Shown in pieces: positions 14,101 through 26,500 of a stretch of 64,000 nt of DNA. Each line of letters opens with the position of its first letter. The first letter of the stretch is position 1. The stretch is from Mizuhopecten yessoensis (lineage: Eukaryota), in NCBI RefSeq assembly GCF_002113885.1, contig NW_018407883.1, positions 125,896 to 189,895 on the forward strand, read 5' to 3'. The notes beneath the pieces were generated by a model that did not search any database, was not told where the DNA came from, and saw nothing but the letters and a program-made list of their open reading frames with translations. Made by a program: the position numbers and the translations under genes.

Positions 14101-15105
14101 ATCGTGCATGGTTATAACATACATGTAATCTCAGGGGGAGTGGAACACAAGCTTAGAGCTTATATCAATTCCTGTTTTATTGGGTTGGTTAGCAACCTAG
14201 AAAGATTCATCTATTATACGTCTCTGCCTCAGCGAAGCAAATGTTCTGTGTATCGAAATACTTATAATCACCGTGGAGAACATGAATCACGCCGACCATT
14301 ATCATGTATCTATACTCTACTCATTCTCTCAATTTGTTTTAAAAATTGTCGCGTATATACATATTGATCAAAAACTAAAGGGAATATATCAGTAATTACG
14401 TTTGAGATCAATCTTAAATAAAAAATCAAAACAAAAAAATCACCTCGAACGACTCATTTAAACCTAGTAAAATGTTCGACTTCCTTTGTACGTTCCAGTA
14501 CTTGCCTGACCTACCCGGACAAGGTATCCTAAGTATTCTTGACGGATACGATTCCATTACTCACACACTGTTTGTTCGGACAGTTGATGCGGTGGGTGTG
14601 AACCAATATCACGTGACCAATACCAACCATTTCAATTGGACCACGTAAGCTTATTCACACTCCAATACAAAAGATTTCGTTTTCCATTCCCTTAAATAAC
14701 TGTTCATTATAATGAAGCATCGGTATCCCAGTTATCATTATCAACAATGTGTCGTCAACTAACTGTTTAAGTGTGCAAGTGGGACGTTTTTAATTTATGT
14801 TCAGACATAATTCTGAATCATCATTTCTGTTTTTGAAATTAAATTTGAAGTCAATTCATTGTTCCATTTACTCAAATTTATACATATCTATCCGACTGAC
14901 TTTCTAAAATCTCACTTATTCTTCAAATTATTCTGTTTTATTGCTCTTATCTTGTTGATTTAGTACAGACAGTTGGGACTATCATTCAAAGTCTGCCTCT
15001 CGTCATGTGACTCGAAGTCTCGCGGCGGGAGATTATCACCATCTAGCTACAGCCCACGCTGACTGTGTATATTATGCACACGCACCTGCGCCTGTCTTGG
15101 GTTGA
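5054..15105 (+). CDS. Spliced gene (5'-incomplete): EGF-like repeats + putative clan GH-A glycoside hydrolase (bacterial 'cellulose-binding domain protein'-like) + C-terminal Asp-box-like region, about 691 aa in window
   Basis: 12 exons: 5054-5183, 5857-6059, 6951-7085, 8547-8761, 8982-9185, 9773-9934, 10395-10562, 10978-11082, 11804-12005, 13544-13809, 14499-14644, 14964-15105. All introns are GT-AG and the phases chain without a stop (2078 nt, ending TGA 15103-15105, AATAAA at 15113). The family assignment is from motif recognition, not a search. Confidence 0.88.
5857..6059 (+). CDS. GH gene exon
   Basis: cag|G ATG CCT...GAA G|gttttg; MPNRGVSVGMNLGGLSYYSSEVKFVDVAKESMEWITQ...DDDGYPKRLE. Confidence 0.88.
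6060..6092. repeat. (GTTT)n microsatellite starting at the intron donor GT
   Basis: gttttgtttgtttgtttg... directly after exon 5857-6059. Confidence 0.85.
6951..7085 (+). CDS. GH gene exon
   Basis: tatag|AT...AAA G|gtaat; DTMILVTLMLRGGHWSPGGNYTILYDGEGELDLGLVHVTRVYEGK. Not in the ORF track. Confidence 0.88.
8547..8761 (+). CDS. GH gene exon
   Basis: tacag|GA...CGG|gtaagt; GRIIVNMDPGSGGIELKLMRINPQNHIRNIRVILPGFED...NPLFLETITRYSEFRYMDFMHTNAHR. Confidence 0.9.
8982..9185 (+). CDS. GH gene exon
   Basis: tacag|CCC...AAA|gtttgt; PEPTTWASRRK...GAAIENMILLSNMMGANPWFNIPHAADDDFIRQFAALVKSSLRPDLK. Confidence 0.9.
9773..9934 (+). CDS. GH gene exon containing the putative acid/base Asn-Glu (EYSNEVWN)
   Basis: gaag|GTA...GCG|gtaaga; VYLEYSNEVWNGIFRQTAY...QRSSEVMQIFQA; Glu codon at 9794-9796. 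Confidence 0.9.
10395..10562 (+). CDS. GH gene exon
   Basis: acag|GTA...CAT|gttcgt; VFGNHGNDRLIPVWAWQTGY...KALSITGYFSCDGAASKH. Confidence 0.85.
10978..11082 (+). CDS. GH gene exon
   Basis: ttttag|AAA...AAG|gttaaa; KAELPNMTMSEISDLCALGLSTQENLYQHYMDVAK (phase 0-0). Confidence 0.82.
11804..12005 (+). CDS. GH gene exon containing the putative nucleophile Glu (YEGG)
   Basis: ttcag|AAC...TCT G|gttagt; NHSLALVMYEGGPAVMEPG...AFNSDPHIKVNVMAILNAWKRIV...; Glu codon at 11831-11833. Confidence 0.88.
12021..13034 (-). mobile_element. Non-autonomous Helentron/HINE-like element with internal tandem units, in an intron of the GH gene
   Basis: The minus strand starts TTTTTAGGTCACCTGAGCTTTGCTCAAGTGACCTA (subterminal hairpin), followed by a GTC-rich microsatellite-like stretch. 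Three internal units of about 300 bp follow (CCCTTTGGGGCCCCGCCCT-like at about 12199, 12493 and 12809). The 3' end is CTCAGGTGACCGCTAAGGCCTTTGTGCTTCTTGTT, inserted in a T-run. Confidence 0.8.
13544..13809 (+). CDS. GH gene exon (end of catalytic barrel, SKYGSWG; start of C-terminal domain)
   Basis: tttag|GC...GAG|gtatac; GGLFNYFSSAGFPSKYGSWGMLQYTGEDLHSVPKYMAV...CGKSYNHGSAWE. Confidence 0.88.
14499..14644 (+). CDS. GH gene exon
   Basis: ttccag|TAC...AC|gtaagc; YLPDLPGQGILSILDGYDSITHTLFVRTVDAVGVNQYHVTNTNHFNWT. Confidence 0.8.
14964..15105 (+). CDS. GH gene terminal exon
   Basis: tttag|T ACA...GGT TGA; TDSWDYHSKSASRHVTRSLAAGDYHHLATAHADCVYYAHAPAPVLG*. Confidence 0.8.
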
Positions 15106-15112
15106 CAACTTG

Positions 15113-15118
15113 AATAAA
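15113..15118 (+). terminator. Polyadenylation signal of the GH gene
   Basis: AATAAA starting 8 nt after the stop codon, followed by a T-rich tract at about 15140-15156. Confidence 0.6.
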
Positions 15119-15713
15119 AGTATGTACACAGTTGCATGTATTCTTTTTAATTTCTTGCAAGTAACTAATGTTCAATCAAAACGGATATTTATAAGTGCAC
15201 ATCAATCTGTGTATCCAGCTCTTTAAGGTTTAAAATTGTATATTCCGACCATATTTACCGTTATAACTTCATTTTCTTGATAGCAACATCCCAGCTTCCC
15301 CTTCCTACGGTATTTACATGTCACATTTGAATCGGTACTCAAGAACTTGCTTCTAATATCATTTTCCCGTGATATCTGTCGACAGATGACGGACAAATTT
15401 ACAACACATGGTTTTCAAATATACAAATTGATAAAAACTATTGACAAGTATGGTCGCTATCAGGATCTCGCATGGAATATGTTATTTTTGTGTTATATGA
15501 AGGACGATGTTTTTTAAATATGCTCAGAGAGCTTCTGGTTTTCTTGTTTCTGTCCTAGTTCTCGATGGGAGGGCGTGACATTACTTGGTTTCGACTTAGA
15601 TTTACATGATGGTTTTTATCGATGAAACTGACTATCACGAATGACTCAAGGGAGTTTTTTTCTTCTTATACCGACTCCCACGATGTTTGTTGATTGTTCA
15701 CTCCAATAATTGT

Positions 15714-15858
15714 GAAGACTGCCAGGACAGTTTCTGATCCCTCGTTACTATTTCTAAAAGACTGTCAGGACAGTTTCTGATCCCTCGATTTCTATTTCTA
15801 AAAGACTGCCAGGACGGTTTCTGATCTGGTTCTATTTCTAAAAGACTGCCAGGATGGT
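15714..15858. repeat. Short tandem repeat, about 43-bp unit, 3.5 copies
   Basis: AAGACTGCCAGGACAGTTTCTGATCCCTCG..CTATTTCTAA repeated. Confidence 0.8.
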
Positions 15859-17770
15859 TCCTTTATTTCTCTCCTATAGTTTATTTTTCTTCCTCACCAG
15901 GATAAACAATTATATAAATTGAACAACGTTGATGAATAAAGAGACAAAGCCGATATAAAATTGCATTGTTTAATCTCATATTGCACTAACCATTGTGACA
16001 TGGCGGCATTCATCTTCAGGCAAGTAAATCCCACAAGTAACTAAGGTAAAACGTGCTAACATGAACTTACATTAAAAATCTAAAATAATTTGCTTTTTTG
16101 GACACATATATTTACAACATTGGTTTGCTTTGAACATATACAAAGCATTCACGTTTCTTCATCACCATGCATTTGATGCACTTTATCTAAATTTAACAAA
16201 CTAGTGTTAACAGTTTATGTTAACAAAAACTCTAATAACGCCAAATGAGTTGTCAGTGTTAACAAGTGGTAGTACATATTATGGTTTATTGAAACCAAGT
16301 CACGTGATTTTAATCCTCACACGTGTGATCTCATCACGTGTCATTAGTTACACATGTTGTTCCATACAACTACATTTGAAGCATTTGCATGTAATTCTTT
16401 ATCTAAATAAGTTGTCATAAACTGCCTCAAATCTTGTATTGATGCCAAAAAATCATTGGACAGACTGTTCAACAAAAAATATGTAGCTGTGAAAATAACA
16501 TACCCAGCTCAATTAAAAACAAAATGAATCTTGTAGACCCTGGAGTGCCAGTTTGTAGTTGATTGAATTAATTTAGAAACGTGTTTGCACTTATCATTAG
16601 ACAAGAACAGATGTGTTGACGTATTAAGTGCGGATATAAGTGTAATGTAACATTCGTGCAACGCGTATTGTAGAACTTTTTTGATGTATACACATTGATT
16701 TCCAAATCAGATTGTGAAAACAAATTCAGTTTACTGAACAAACAGGAATAACCTTAAAACATTTTAACCCTTTTCACCACTGTAGACCATAATATTAATG
16801 GACTCATCCAGATCAATGCATGGTAGAGTCTACTAAAGTTACATAGGGGTACAAGGGTTAAATTAAGAAAAATTCTGCATTAAGGAAGTTCCACTAGTCA
16901 TTCTCAAAATATGATAATGAAGTAAATGGAATAAAGTTTGATATATGCTTGTGAAGGTGTAAAGCAGAAGAAGACACAGCATTCCAATGCCTCAAAAATA
17001 ATTGTAAAATCCAATTTTCCAACACCTTAAATCTATCATTGCTTTGTTCTTATGATGAACGAATGACGCGCAAAAGTAAAGATAGTGAAGCCTAACTCTG
17101 CTTTTGACGCTGGCCCATTTTGTAAACAATGATTCATGTCACAAAATATGAGAAACATGTAATGTAAACAATCTTTGTTTACTTCAAAAATACTTAAGTA
17201 AATAAAAAATATATTTGTTATGATAGCAGTTGTCTACAGGAATTACCAGAAATGCCCACATGAGATTCAATCCTTTGATAAAGCTACATCATCATCAGGA
17301 TCAACATGCATTAAGTTAACATGTTGTTATACATTAATTTTGTCCAGATTTACTTTTATTTAGTAAAAGAAATATGTTAGATAATTACAATCCACGTTTC
17401 CTAACTTCAATGTTCAAATTGCTATCATTATTCCATGCATACAGACAAATCTATTGTGTTCGTGTGACTAGCTTATTTTACGTTTTCGATTTTAGTCAAG
17501 AGAAATTATACCCAAGCGAATTTAAAATTAGCTGATATAAAAAATAATCAGTAAAATTCGTACCAGCAAAACATGAAAATAAATTGATGAAATAGTATTA
17601 AGTTATACACGAGAAAAACACGAAAATCAGCTAATGGAAAAATAGTCAGGGAAATTATATATCAGCAAAACATAAAAATTGATGAAAATTGATGTAAAAC
17701 TGTAGTATTTAGCTATACACCAGAAAACCCCCCAGGATAATTAACTGATTTAAAGGTAATCGTTACACCT

Positions 17771-17959
17771 TATTCCGTCTTTGCGTATTGCAGAGTTATC
17801 TTTTCTTGGGAGCAGGTATTGATTGTTACGTCACTTGTTTGTGAGAGTACGTCATCAATTTTTGAGAAAACGACGTAAATTTCTCGCACAAATCAATGAC
17901 GTAACAGTCAATACCTGTTCCCAAGAGAAGATAACTCTGCAATACGCAAAGACGGAATA
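17771..17959. mobile_element. Palindromic MITE (about 190 bp, TA-flanked, Tc1/mariner-type), copy 1
   Basis: TATTCCGTCTTTGCGTATTGCAGAGTTATCT...AGATAACTCTGCAATACGCAAAGACGGAATA; nearly the whole element is an inverted repeat; second copy at 34613-34802. Confidence 0.9.
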
Positions 17960-20900
17960 TGTAAACTTGAAATACATTGGTCTATAAAATTAGATAAGTC
18001 CATAACGTACCAAAAACAGTATTTTAAGTTAATGAGAACCACACACCATCAGGATCAGATCACTGGGCCAAAACTATTCATACATAAATACATAAATATA
18101 TGTAGCCTGATTAGCTTCATCTGTTAACTCATTCACCCCTGAAATTTCATAATGGACTATTCCAAGCTTTGAATTGGAAGAGTTAAAATGTGCCGTCTTA
18201 GGGACGAATAAAATGTTCAAAGGCAACTTTTTATATATTAGAAATATTTTCCAAATAATATTTGAGTGTGTTTTTTGTTTTCTTCCATATTTAGCTTCAA
18301 GCTCATCATCTTGCATCATCTACGCGTGATATTAGTTATGAATTTCAAATTCTTTTTGTAAATATGATAGACTGATGTTGTATATGTGTCGGTACAAAAT
18401 GAAGCTAATATAATCAGGCTTTTGAACAACTGTGATCTCGTAGCAGGTAAGACAAAACAAAATATACCTTTCACATAATAAGTTAGGATGCTATGGGAAT
18501 AAACAGTCGATCACACTTGCTTATCAAATGACCAAGGACATGTTTCATGTTAATATTGCATGCAAATAGTCTAGTTGTGGTTGCACAAAAACAATGACCA
18601 GCATGTTTTGATAAAATTTCTGGAAAAAACATGAATGTTTCAAACCATGAGATAGATAAGACTTTATGACATAAATGAAAGTATCTGTTAATTGTAAAGT
18701 TAAAAAAAGATGTAAAAATGACAAAAGTGACTCAAACAACATACAGAAATGTACGCTGTATTACAATCCACTGAATTATTTTCGACACACGTGACTTAAA
18801 TTTGAAATGGTCCTTTCTAAATACTTTGTACTGAGAATCTGACAAAAAGCTAACTCAATTTAACAATAATACTAAGGTCATACATAAAACAATGTTATGG
18901 GTGATTTTTAAATAACAAATTGCAGCTCAATTAATCTCTTCAAATTACACATGACATGGCAAGCTCATAACTTATGATCAACACAGCTAACACATTACGG
19001 TGACACATACCAATTTATAGGAGCATGAATGACATTTACATGGGTTTACATTTCGGTCCAGGTGTCCAATATTTGATTAACTTATCCCTTTCATCAACCG
19101 ATACTGGACATTTCCCAACATTTCTCAAAAATCATGTTTTGAAAATTTGTGTTAATGGTTCGGCTCGTAAAGATTATCAGAACTTGAACCACTGGGCACA
19201 AATAAGGTTATATCATCTAATGATGAGGTGACAAAACATAGCTAAATCATTAAAGCATTATCCTAAATTAAATTTCCCAACTAAAATTGTATTGTAATAT
19301 TTATCACAAGTATGTATTATTTCTCATCAGAGTGAAGTGAAAGATGTGGTTGTTTTTATCTGATATGTTGTTTTTACAAAATATCGGCTCTGTTCCAGAA
19401 TGTTTTAGATGAGGTGTACGGGTAAAGACTGCTATTTTTAATGTTTGTTAAAATGCCGTTGAACATTTTACATTTTGCTGTGCACTATGCATTATGTAAT
19501 CTGCGTATTGGGAAAAACAGAGATAAAAAAAAAAGAAGAGACAAATAATATTTTCATGGAACGTGGAAGGACAGCGTCGCTAATAATACAATAATGATAT
19601 CTCCATTCTGTTATAGGAATCATAGAAACTGGGACTATCAAAATCATGGTACAAAGAAAACATTATTGAAGTTAATAAAAATGATATTATTGTAGTTTTA
19701 AGTAAATTATTTTAATGTCATTATACATGTAATGTAGATACATATGAAATCTGATATATATCTGATCGTTACTTCGTTTGGAAATTTCATACACAGAAAA
19801 AGGGCACATTAAAAATTCCCAAAAAATAATTGCAAGACACGAAAACCTTAAGTTATGGCTACCTCGATATGACTTAACCAAAATTGTCCAAAAACTCCCC
19901 ACTTCTATCTACTGTAAATGAAGGAAGTTAGAAACATTTCATATTTTAAACAGTCCGAAATAAATGACATTAGCTTTTCCATTCTCTAGTAACTGTTCTA
20001 GACCCCACATGAGCAAGATATCGACTCTATGCATAGGTAATCCATATGGTACTACAATATTCATTTTTGGCATATATTCTAAACGATGAAACCAAATATT
20101 GGATTACCAGGGCTCAACAATTTAACTTCAACAGCTCTCAGTTACGAGCTTTATTCCACTTTAGACATATATACTTTGTATTGGCAAAGTGGAGGAAATT
20201 AACTGGCAATTCAATGAAGTAATCCATTTTTAAAATAGATTCTTCGTTCGGTATTTAGCTGAATCCTCTCTAGGATGAAAGAAAAGACATTCTTTATATC
20301 TGTTCAGACAAGCTCAGGATTCACACAGAAAATGACAAAACATTCACAGTACACTGCCCCAAGAAATAGAAAAAGAACTATCAATTATTATTTGTTTGTC
20401 AAGATTTTGATTCACTCCATACACATATTGTATGCAACAGGAGGTCAATCTTCAGTTTGTCAGGATATTTGACTGTTTAGCTAAATACAAGTTATACAAA
20501 TATACTGGAAGAAATAAATAGCTATAGACAACAAACTTTTATTAATACACACTTACTTAGTCTACTTCAATTTTTTTTTTTTAGTTTTGTAGAAATAGTC
20601 ATTTTCTATCACATTGGAAACCCTGAAGGTCATTTGTATTTGTATAAAAAATCACAAATGAAATCTTAGAATAAAAATATTTAAGTTATACCAATTATTC
20701 ATCTATAAATCAAACTCTTAACCACAAATTGAATATTTTCATTCAAATTTAAATTTACACAGATTTTTTTTTTATTGCACTGTACACTCCAATACATTTT
20801 CTAGTATTTCTACATTAACAGATTACTTATTGTTCAGTTTATATCAAACAGAATTTCTCCAAACATTATGATTTTCCCTTATAAATCTTGATTGTGTGTC

Positions 20901-23448
20901 AGTTAAATAAGTTCAATTGTGATGTTCCAGCATGTTAATGTTTCTGTCTGACACATACAATATGGTGGAACGTTTAACTAAGGACTCCGCTGTAAAGCTG
21001 GTATATTTTTTAAGGCCTAGAAGATATATACATTTTATGTCAGGAATTCATTGTGTATGTTTTGTTTTTGTTTTTTACTTTTGCCTAATTTACCTTGTAC
21101 AATTTTAATGATTCATACAATTTTGTTTCACAGAAGTTGTGAATCCCCTGGGCATTCATCAAATATCCAATCAGAAAAGGAAATTATATCTCGGGATTGT
21201 TTTTTTGTGAGATATCAATTTTTGTCGTTGTTAAACAAATGTTTATGATGTAATCCTTAACATAATTTTAGTATGCATATTTAATACTTTGTATCCCAAA
21301 ACAAAAGATTTCTTTGATGAGAATCATCTTGCCCCAACATATATATCATGATAGGACATGGTTATCCACCGATTCAAAACAATGGCGACACTGCAGGGCT
21401 ACAGAGGAAGGAAAAAGGAGGTTCGAGTCCATAATGTTATGTTAAATACCATATCATGAAAATATGTTTTACAATATGAAAACCTCAATTTCATTTTAAT
21501 GATATTTACCACAACTTTATTAAGAGAATGTACTGCAGTGGATACTCTGAAATCCCAGCAAGACGGGCAAACTCTTAGTTTACTCCTCCAAGATAGTCGC
21601 AGGAGAAACACAAAGGTTAAGGAACCCCCAGATGCCCCAAATAAAACAAAAAGAGATGGGAAAGACTCCTCATGGTTAAAGAGGTTTTGTTCCACCGACA
21701 AGTCTGCTGGCATGGCTGCTTCAACCACAGGACCAAATGTCCTCAGAATGTAACTACTACAGAGAGAAATCAATTTAAGGATCCCCGTACCACTGTCAAA
21801 AACTGTAGGATAGGACACTGTTTTTTCTGGCATGACATTAGCTTTGAAAAATCATTTTTGAAAAGACAACCATACCTTGCGAGACTTTTAAGAGACATAA
21901 TAAAGATATATAAAACAAAATATAATCAACAGCATTGTTCCGAGTGTCAAATATTGAGTGGGGCTAGATCGGGATTCGTACTCTGAACATCAGATTGTTA
22001 TACTTTCGCTCTAATTGATTGAGTTACCTGGACACCTGAAGTGCCCTGGCCAAACTGTGCTACAGTTATATCTATATCCAATTAAAGCTGAAGTTAAGGG
22101 GAGGTTACTGTATATAGGAGAAACCACAGCGCAATGGAACAGGGATCCTAAAGAATGATCGTACCTTGTGTAATGCCCAAAACCCATCCTCAGTCTGATT
22201 GCTTCACAGATCCACCAGCAGACAGAATAAGAGAAGGTATCTCACTGACCTTGCAAATGTGCCGTCAAGGGAAGTAACCGCGAGTGAAATCTTTATGTTG
22301 GGATACTAATGATAGGTACTTGTATTGATTATGCATACTTAAGTTATGGTAATCATTACTGAAATTAAACAAGTCATTTAAGTACAGTAACACATGCATG
22401 ATATAGATTTGTGTTTTAATTTTTGTAAGGAAAAGGTGAGACTTAAGCTTGAGTAAGAAGAGGTGTTTCTGAGAGTGAATAGTGTTCTACTGTATTTGTA
22501 TATTAAACCTGTATTACGTTTGTATTGTGTAGCACATTTATCACATTGAAAGACACACATCTAAAACTAATCGGATATAACTCGCTCCGCCTTTCTATCA
22601 CCTTATATCACGGGACATGCAATGCATGTGGAAATTAAAATATTCATGAGATACAGTTCAACAACAAAGCAATTCAATAACTATTCAATAACCTTGCTTG
22701 GCAAGGGACATAACTCTCATTTTAAAACGAAAATCATCTGTTACAATTCCTGGATGGAACAGTATTTTGTTCTCAAGTGCTAGTTTTTGTAGTCAGCTAT
22801 TTAACTAGATTCGTTTGACCAGTGTGGTTGACCTCTAGATCACTTGTCTAGGGTCTCGACTGACTGACCACTCTGTAATGCCTTACTTCACAACCTCATG
22901 ACACGAGCATGACTAAATCTGGAGATGTTCTCACAGCACAACCATCCAGTCCTCCAATCTATGTGCTAGGGAGCTTTATAAACTTACCATATTCACACTT
23001 AAGTTTTCCAAATGTCTGATTTCAAATCAATCGTATCCAAGCCAGGATATCACTTTTACAAATTATTCAATCCATCTTTAACGTCTTTACGTAAAATTCT
23101 ACCGCAGAATTCTGTGTAAAATTCCAGATGGAAACACTTTTAAAAATGTCACATTATGTTAACTCCATTACACAAGCTACTTACTGCTGAAGAACGCACA
23201 CAAATGTTTTGAAATCTAGATCGCATTCCAGATCTTCTCTTGGCAAGAATACATCACATCAAATGCAAGCATCAATATTTTCCAGAAAAGTATGGAGCAA
23301 CGTTCATTGCGAGCACTGACAATATCCCAGTATTGTGTCGAGAAGTGTCAAATATAATAGTCATTTCCACCGACAGTCGCCCAATCCCAAATACTGATCA
23401 GTTTCCAGTATATAGAAGGTCAGACTAACAACCAGAATACACGTGCTG

Positions 23449-23575
23449 TTATCGTCGCGGCAACAACTCCACGATATAATTCCAAATGTTATATATAGTC
23501 GTTGATATCATTCCCCAATTCTGGCCCACTAACACCAACGCAAATATCAAAACAACGGTGCTGAGAATCCTCGCT
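23449..23575 (-). CDS. TMCC1: TMCC terminal coding exon (second TM helix)
   Basis: ttgcag|A GCG...CGA TAA; [42 protein letters not shown]. Confidence 0.9.
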
Positions 23576-26500
23576 CTGCAAATAAAAAATGTAATTATGA
23601 AACATGTCAAAGTATCGATCGCCGACTTTCAACATTATGACAAAACATCCTGGTTATATTTGTGTAATTTGACAGTTAACATTGCTATTATTATCCCTGT
23701 GACCCGGGACTTCGGTGGTTATATGTGTATAATTTGACAGTTAACATTGCTATTGTTATCCCCGTGACCTGGGACTTCGGTGGTTATATTTGTGTGATTT
23801 GACAGTTAACATTGCTATTGTTATCCCTGCCACCCGGGACTTCGGTGGTTATATTTGTGTAATTCGACAGTTAACATTGCTATTGTTATCCCTGTGACCT
23901 GGGACTTCGGGGGTTATATTTGTGTAATTTGACAGTTAACATTGCTGTTGTTAACCCTGTGACCCGGGACTTCGGTGGTTGTATTTGTGTAATTTGACAG
24001 TTAACATTGCTATTGTTATCCCCGTGACCTGGGACTTCGGTGGTTATATTTGTGTAATTTGAAAGTTAACATTGCTGTTGTTATCCCTGTGACCCGGGCC
24101 TTCGGTGGTTATATTTGTGTAATTTGACAGTTAACATTGCTGTTGTTATACCTGTGACCCGGGACTACGGTGGTTGTATTTGTGTAATTTGACAGTTAAC
24201 ATTGCTATTATTATCCCTGTGACCCGGGACTTCGGTGGTTATATGTGTATAATTTGACAGTTAACATTGCTATTGTTATCCCCGTGACCTGGGACTTCGG
24301 TGGTTATATTTGTGTAATTTGACAGTTAACATTGCTATTATTATCCCTGTGACCCGGGACTTCGGTGGTTATATGTGTATAATTTGACAGTTAACATTGC
24401 TATTGTTATCCCCGTGACCTGGGACTTCGGTGGTTATATTTGTGTGATTTGACAGTTAACATTGCTATTGTTATCCCTGTGTCCCGGGACTTCGGTGGTT
24501 ATATATGTGTAATTTGACAGTTAACATAGCTATTGTTATCCCTGTGACCTGGGACTTCGGTTGTTATATTTGTGTAATTTGACAGTTAACATTGCTATTA
24601 TTATCCCTGTGACCCGGGACTTCGGTGGTTATATTTGTGTAATTTGACAGTTAACATTGCTATTGTTATCCCTGTGACCTGGGACTTCGGGAAATTAGTC
24701 TAAGACATGATTGACACATTTGTCTTCTCAGTGTCTTTTTATTTTTCTCCCTGAAGTCGAGACTCCCGTTCTAAACTACAAAACAGACTGCTGTAGATGT
24801 ATATAATAAAGTTTTAACGCAGGACTGTCCAGGATTTCCAGAATGTGTCATTATTTATTTCAACCTTCCTGACCAGTCATAAAATTATGTATATATCACT
24901 GTATAACTGACATATACATATTTCAATTTCATCACAACTTCGACAATTAAGTACTTTGTTGATTCTATTTAACATCTCCAGACTTAACAGTTTTCAAAAT
25001 AGGAATTTTCGCCCAGTCAAATATTCGCCAATTACTGACAAAATCCTATTTGCCTAGTGATAATTTTGCCATTCACAGGTATTTACTACACGTATATGTT
25101 TATGTCCCATACTAATATTCGTTGTCAAAATAAAATTGCCCTCATTAGGAAAGGCAAAAAAGGCGAAAATCAAAACTACAGCAAAAATATCTCAGTATAC
25201 AGCACTACTTCTATTTCAAGTTATATTTACTTCTATTTCAAGTTATATTCACTTTCGCATAATTTGCTAATAAGTATGGAATAAGAATTCTAGCATGAGA
25301 CAAACAACTATTTATGCATAACCACATATATCTAGTAACCTCATGTGATGACATGATATGCTTTAAAGTCAGTACACATAGGGAGAAAGTGCGTGAAACG
25401 TGACTAAAACTGCTTTGCTCAATCTATCTTTCCCTTTTTATGTATCAAAATAACTCCGAAGAGCATTTATTTGATTCATACACACCTGCTATGATCAGTA
25501 CACCACACACTGCAGTAGCTAGGAGATCATATCATTTGACCACACGGAATTAGATTTTGAGTTTGTGTGAGTTTGGACTTGCTTGAAGGAGCTTCAAGGT
25601 AGATTGTTAAATTTTGGTCATAATGAGGGAGTCTGCCTCCTAATGAGGGAGGTTTGACAGCCATAAATACAATAAGGCCAGGTTTTTTAACAGTCTGTAT
25701 ATGTTAAAAACCTAACCGTGAGGTGGGTTTGATTCGGCCGACACATGCAACATGTCTTACCTGGTTGTGAGGAAGGGAGCCACCAGATGGGCTCCTGTAG
25801 ATACGAAGACAAGTACCACGGCCAGAAGAGCTAACAAAACATTGATCAACTTGGTAAGTAAAGTTCGAAATGTCACATTATCAACCATCTCCATGGAAAT
25901 CAACTGCTGCTGTTGTTGCTGAAGTTCCATCTTCGATACCTGTGGAAACACAGTATACGTTACATTGCCTCATTTCAAGACCAATGAATTATCAATGAAA
26001 CACAAGGTGTGTAAATGAAAAATTCTCTGACTTTCAAAATGAAAATGCTATTAAAATCAACAATAAAGAACAGATTTTTCAAATATTCTTTCCGGTAAAT
26101 TATTTATCTAAGGAATTCAATGATTTTACAATAATTAATGCCTATTAGGAACTCACTCTAGTTTGACAGTTTTCTAAGGACTCGTGAAGGTCACCCGTCC
26201 GCTCGTCTAGTCGGTACTCAATCTTCTCTTCCATGCTGCTGATATCTTGCCGTAGATTTGTAACCTCGTTCTGATGAAGTTCTGTCATATCATTCATCTG
26301 TTCCTCAAGTCGTTCAGAGCGATACCGCTCCTCCTCGAGGTATGTCTTAACCATAGTGAGATCAGACTGGGTATCAACCTGCAAAAACAAAACAATTCCG
26401 TATTTTCCCGTTTTTGTTACAGTATAAAGCAGTTATAACACCTTTGAGGGAAAATTTTACATTATGATGTCATACTCCTCTGGTAAGAATTTCTCCTTGA

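Noticed and set aside
5054-15105. Bacterial contamination as the source of the GH-like gene
   Set aside because: It has eleven spliceosomal introns, host repeats inside the introns, an EGF exon, a poly(A) signal and gap-free linkage to TMCC exons.
21399-21986. Overlapping ORFs of 144, 84 and 104 aa
   Set aside because: No recognisable domain or splice chain; the region lies downstream of the TMCC stop, probably in its 3'UTR.
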